In this document: in pieces, positions 63,301 through 64,000 of the stretch
Position numbering within the stretch: the first letter of the stretch is position 1
How the letters are laid out: every line of letters starts with the position of its first letter
Assembly: GCF_036321535.1 (NCBI RefSeq)
Contig: NC_087437.1
Location: forward strand, 47,866,001 to 47,930,000
Reading direction: 5' to 3'
Origin: Camelus dromedarius
Taxonomy: Eukaryota
DNA: 64,000 nucleotides
Program-made: the position numbers and the translations under genes
The notes under the pieces: generated by a model
Told to the model about the DNA's origin: nothing
Seen by the model: the letters and a program-made list of their open reading frames with translations, nothing else
Database searches by the model: none

Positions 63301-64000
63301 AAGTAGGAGTCGGGGAGGGTAATACTTGTCAGGCAATGCTTATGTGCTACAGTAGTTTCTGAGCTAAGACTTGACTTTGCTAAGCTGAAGTTGGAAGTAA
63401 AATGAGTTTCCCAGTGAAAAATGTGTAAGGATTTTCAGCTCCTGAGTCTACTTCAAATTTTTTTTCTATGACTACATGTCATTTATAAATTCTTCACGAT
63501 TGCCAAGTTTAAGGATCACAGTTCAGTTTTAGATTTCTAGTGTGTTACTCACTAAACTGTTTTTGTCATTGGAGTAAGAAGTAACTATTATGTCTGACCA
63601 AATCATGTCATATTTTTGGAGCAGTTAATGACTGGAGATAGGAAATGTTAAATTTCTCACTGTGGCAGGAGCCTAGTGGCTTAAGAACAATAGAATTCTA
63701 TGTGATTTTCACTTATTTCAAAATCCTAGACCAATGCCAATGGTGCATTTCTAGCAATCTTACTATTTTCTGTTGGGGCTCTGATAATTAGGGGCTTAAT
63801 GTCTTGAGTCTTGAAAACTCTCTCATTAGTTAATAATTACCAGAATTAAATGCCAAAGGAGTGTCACTTTCACTTTTCAGCCAGTATTTCCTATCACTTG
63901 TCATAGATTAGAAATATTGTTGCTGTATTTAAGTTATTAGTTCAAATAATTTTTTTTTTTTTTTTTTTTTTTTAGTATTTAAACTTTTAAGAAATTTTTT

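Noticed and set aside
57369..64000. USP13 exon 7 (expected to continue DVYS...)
   Set aside because: Not found in this interval; presumably downstream of the window.
1..64000. CRISPR array, operon or a novel multi-gene system
   Set aside because: No regularly spaced repeats and no additional coding genes seen; the content is explained by one spliced gene plus transposable elements.

Overview
Mammalian genomic DNA, probably from a camelid (four tRNA-derived SINEs resemble the camelid Vic-1 family). The window holds the CpG-island promoter and first six coding exons of USP13 (ubiquitin-specific protease 13) on the + strand: 4780-4947, 29411-29536, 42075-42135, 50292-50413, 55525-55667 and 57184-57368. 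Spliced at GT-AG junctions these give 805 nt in one open frame (aa 1-268), reaching into the ZnF-UBP domain; the gene continues past the window. The introns are mostly transposable elements: a young 5'-truncated L1 with an open ORF2 C-terminus, a 5'-intact L1 with an internal replacement nested in an older L1, an ERV1 env-PPT-LTR piece ending in poly(A), a small L1 with a twin-priming-type inversion, and ancient L2/MIR/MaLR/hAT fossils. I see no convincing previously undescribed biological system. The best leads are splice-site architecture at exon 3, a muscle-type promoter module, an intragenic CpG-rich patch and several unusual retrotransposition structures. Repeat family names come from recognition, not from a database search.
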